From: Lytechinus pictus
Taxonomy: Eukaryota
Reading direction: 5' to 3'
DNA: 64,000 nucleotides
NCBI RefSeq assembly: GCF_037042905.1
Contig: NC_087245.1
Location: forward strand, 2,358,001 to 2,422,000
Under the pieces are notes generated by a model. It ran no database searches. It was not told the DNA's origin and saw only the letters and a list, made by a program, of their open reading frames with translations. The stretch's first letter is position 1. The number at the start of each line of letters is the position of its first letter. Shown here one piece after another: positions 62,722 through 64,000 of the stretch. A program made the position numbers and the translations under genes.

Positions 62722-63430
62722 AGGGCAGGTCACCCCAAAAAATGAATAGAATAAAAGAGAAAAATCTAACAAGTATGATACTGAATTTCATAAAAATCGG
62801 ATGTAAAATAAGAAAGTTATGACATTTTAAAGTTTTGCTTAATTTCATAAAACATTTATATGCACATCCTGGTCGGTATGCAAATGAGGAGACTAATGAC
62901 GTCATTTATTCAAAATTTCTCTTGTATTTGTTATATGAAATATTCTAATTTTTCCTCATTGTCAAGTGAAACGATTAATTCCTCCATGAACATGTGGAAT
63001 TAGCATTGTTAAATATATATGTATATATGGTTCAGTTAAGTTGGTCCTTATAATCAAAAATGTAAAAAATTAAATATTTTTAAATTCAGACAATTAAAAA
63101 AAGTGAGTGAAGGATATCATCGACTATCCGTTTTGCATGTCACTGTACTGTGCATATCACTGTTTTGTGAAAAATAAGCGAAACTTTAAAATTTAATAAT
63201 GTAGATTTCAATCAATAAAAACAAAAGAAATAGTGAGTGAGGGACATAATCGACTGCCTCATTTGCATGTAACTGAGGTTTGCATATCTCCGTTTAGTGA
63301 AAATAAGTGAAACTTTAAAATATCAAATCTTTCTTATTTTACATCCGATTTTGATGAAACTTTCAACGTTATGCTAGTTTGATTTTTCTCTATTTATTCA
63401 AATCACAATTTTCTGGGGTTGACTTGACCT
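62722..63430 (-). mobile_element. Kolobok-like MITE family D, diverged, with partial internal duplication
   Basis: TTAA at 62718-62721 and 63431-63434; TIR similar to 20396-20988. Confidence 0.85.
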
Positions 63431-63592
63431 TTAAGATGTTTTTAAAATTAATTACAAAATTGCCGAGATTGTAGATTTAACATTGCAGAATTTTCAAATT
63501 ATCTTAAGATTAATGATATTCCTTAAGCGCCCGTACATTATTTGGAAGGGCACTGTATTGAAATTTGTTTGTCTTATACTTGAATAATTCTA

Positions 63593-63825
63593 CAATGCAA
63601 AAACTTTGGTGTTGATTTAACACCGGCCCGGAATCTATATATGTCCACACCAGACAAGTATTAAACAACACCAGTTTCGTTTTGGTCTAACACCAGATAT
63701 AGGTGTTTATACAACACCAATTAGTATCAAAACAGCATCGGTTTGATTCCAAACTGGTGTTTTTTTCAATACTTCTCTGGTGTGGACATGGCTGGTGATA
63801 AATCAACACCCGAGTTTTTGCAGTA
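63593..63825. mobile_element. Short palindromic MITE
   Basis: TGCAAAAACT..GGTGTTGATTTA at the left is inverted at the right; internal ACACCA repeats. Confidence 0.75.
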
Positions 63826-64000
63826 AATTGGTTTACATTTTGTAGATTGAAATTATTACTTCAGGTTGTTTTAAGTTATGTTACCAAAATGTGCAGGCAC
63901 ATCACGTTTTAACTGCACATATTGGTAACAAAAATGATCTTGCATGCACTATCGGCACATATTGGTTAAAAATTTATTTTACCAAAATGAGCCATAACAA

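Overview
This is AT-rich eukaryotic genomic DNA with no intact protein-coding gene, rRNA, true tRNA or CRISPR array. The repeat families (Tsp/DINE-like elements, SURF-like tRNA SINEs, TTAA foldback MITEs) suggest a sea urchin; that is an inference. Most of the window is a nested mosaic of non-autonomous transposons, many of which I could delimit by hand from terminal inverted repeats (TIRs) and target-site duplications (TSDs). Families seen: hAT (8-bp and one 6-bp TSD), Kolobok-like (TTAA), piggyBac, Sola-like (4-bp TSD), Academ-like, PIF/Harbinger, Tc1 ends, Helentron-associated Tsp/DINE-like elements and SINEs. Recognisable coding remnants are an L1/Tx1 endonuclease N-terminus and ORF1 C-terminus on opposite strands, and a Buster/Charlie hAT BED finger. 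The most notable item is a Transib/RAG-like non-autonomous element (19337-21051). Both of its ends start with the exact V(D)J heptamer CACAGTG, and CAAAA nonamer-like cores sit after a 12-bp spacer at one end and a 23-bp spacer at the other. Next is an L1/Tx1 copy with twin-priming-type inversion geometry. A few splice-bounded exon candidates hint at host transcripts but are not proven. Superfamily labels rest on terminal and TSD rules, not database searches.
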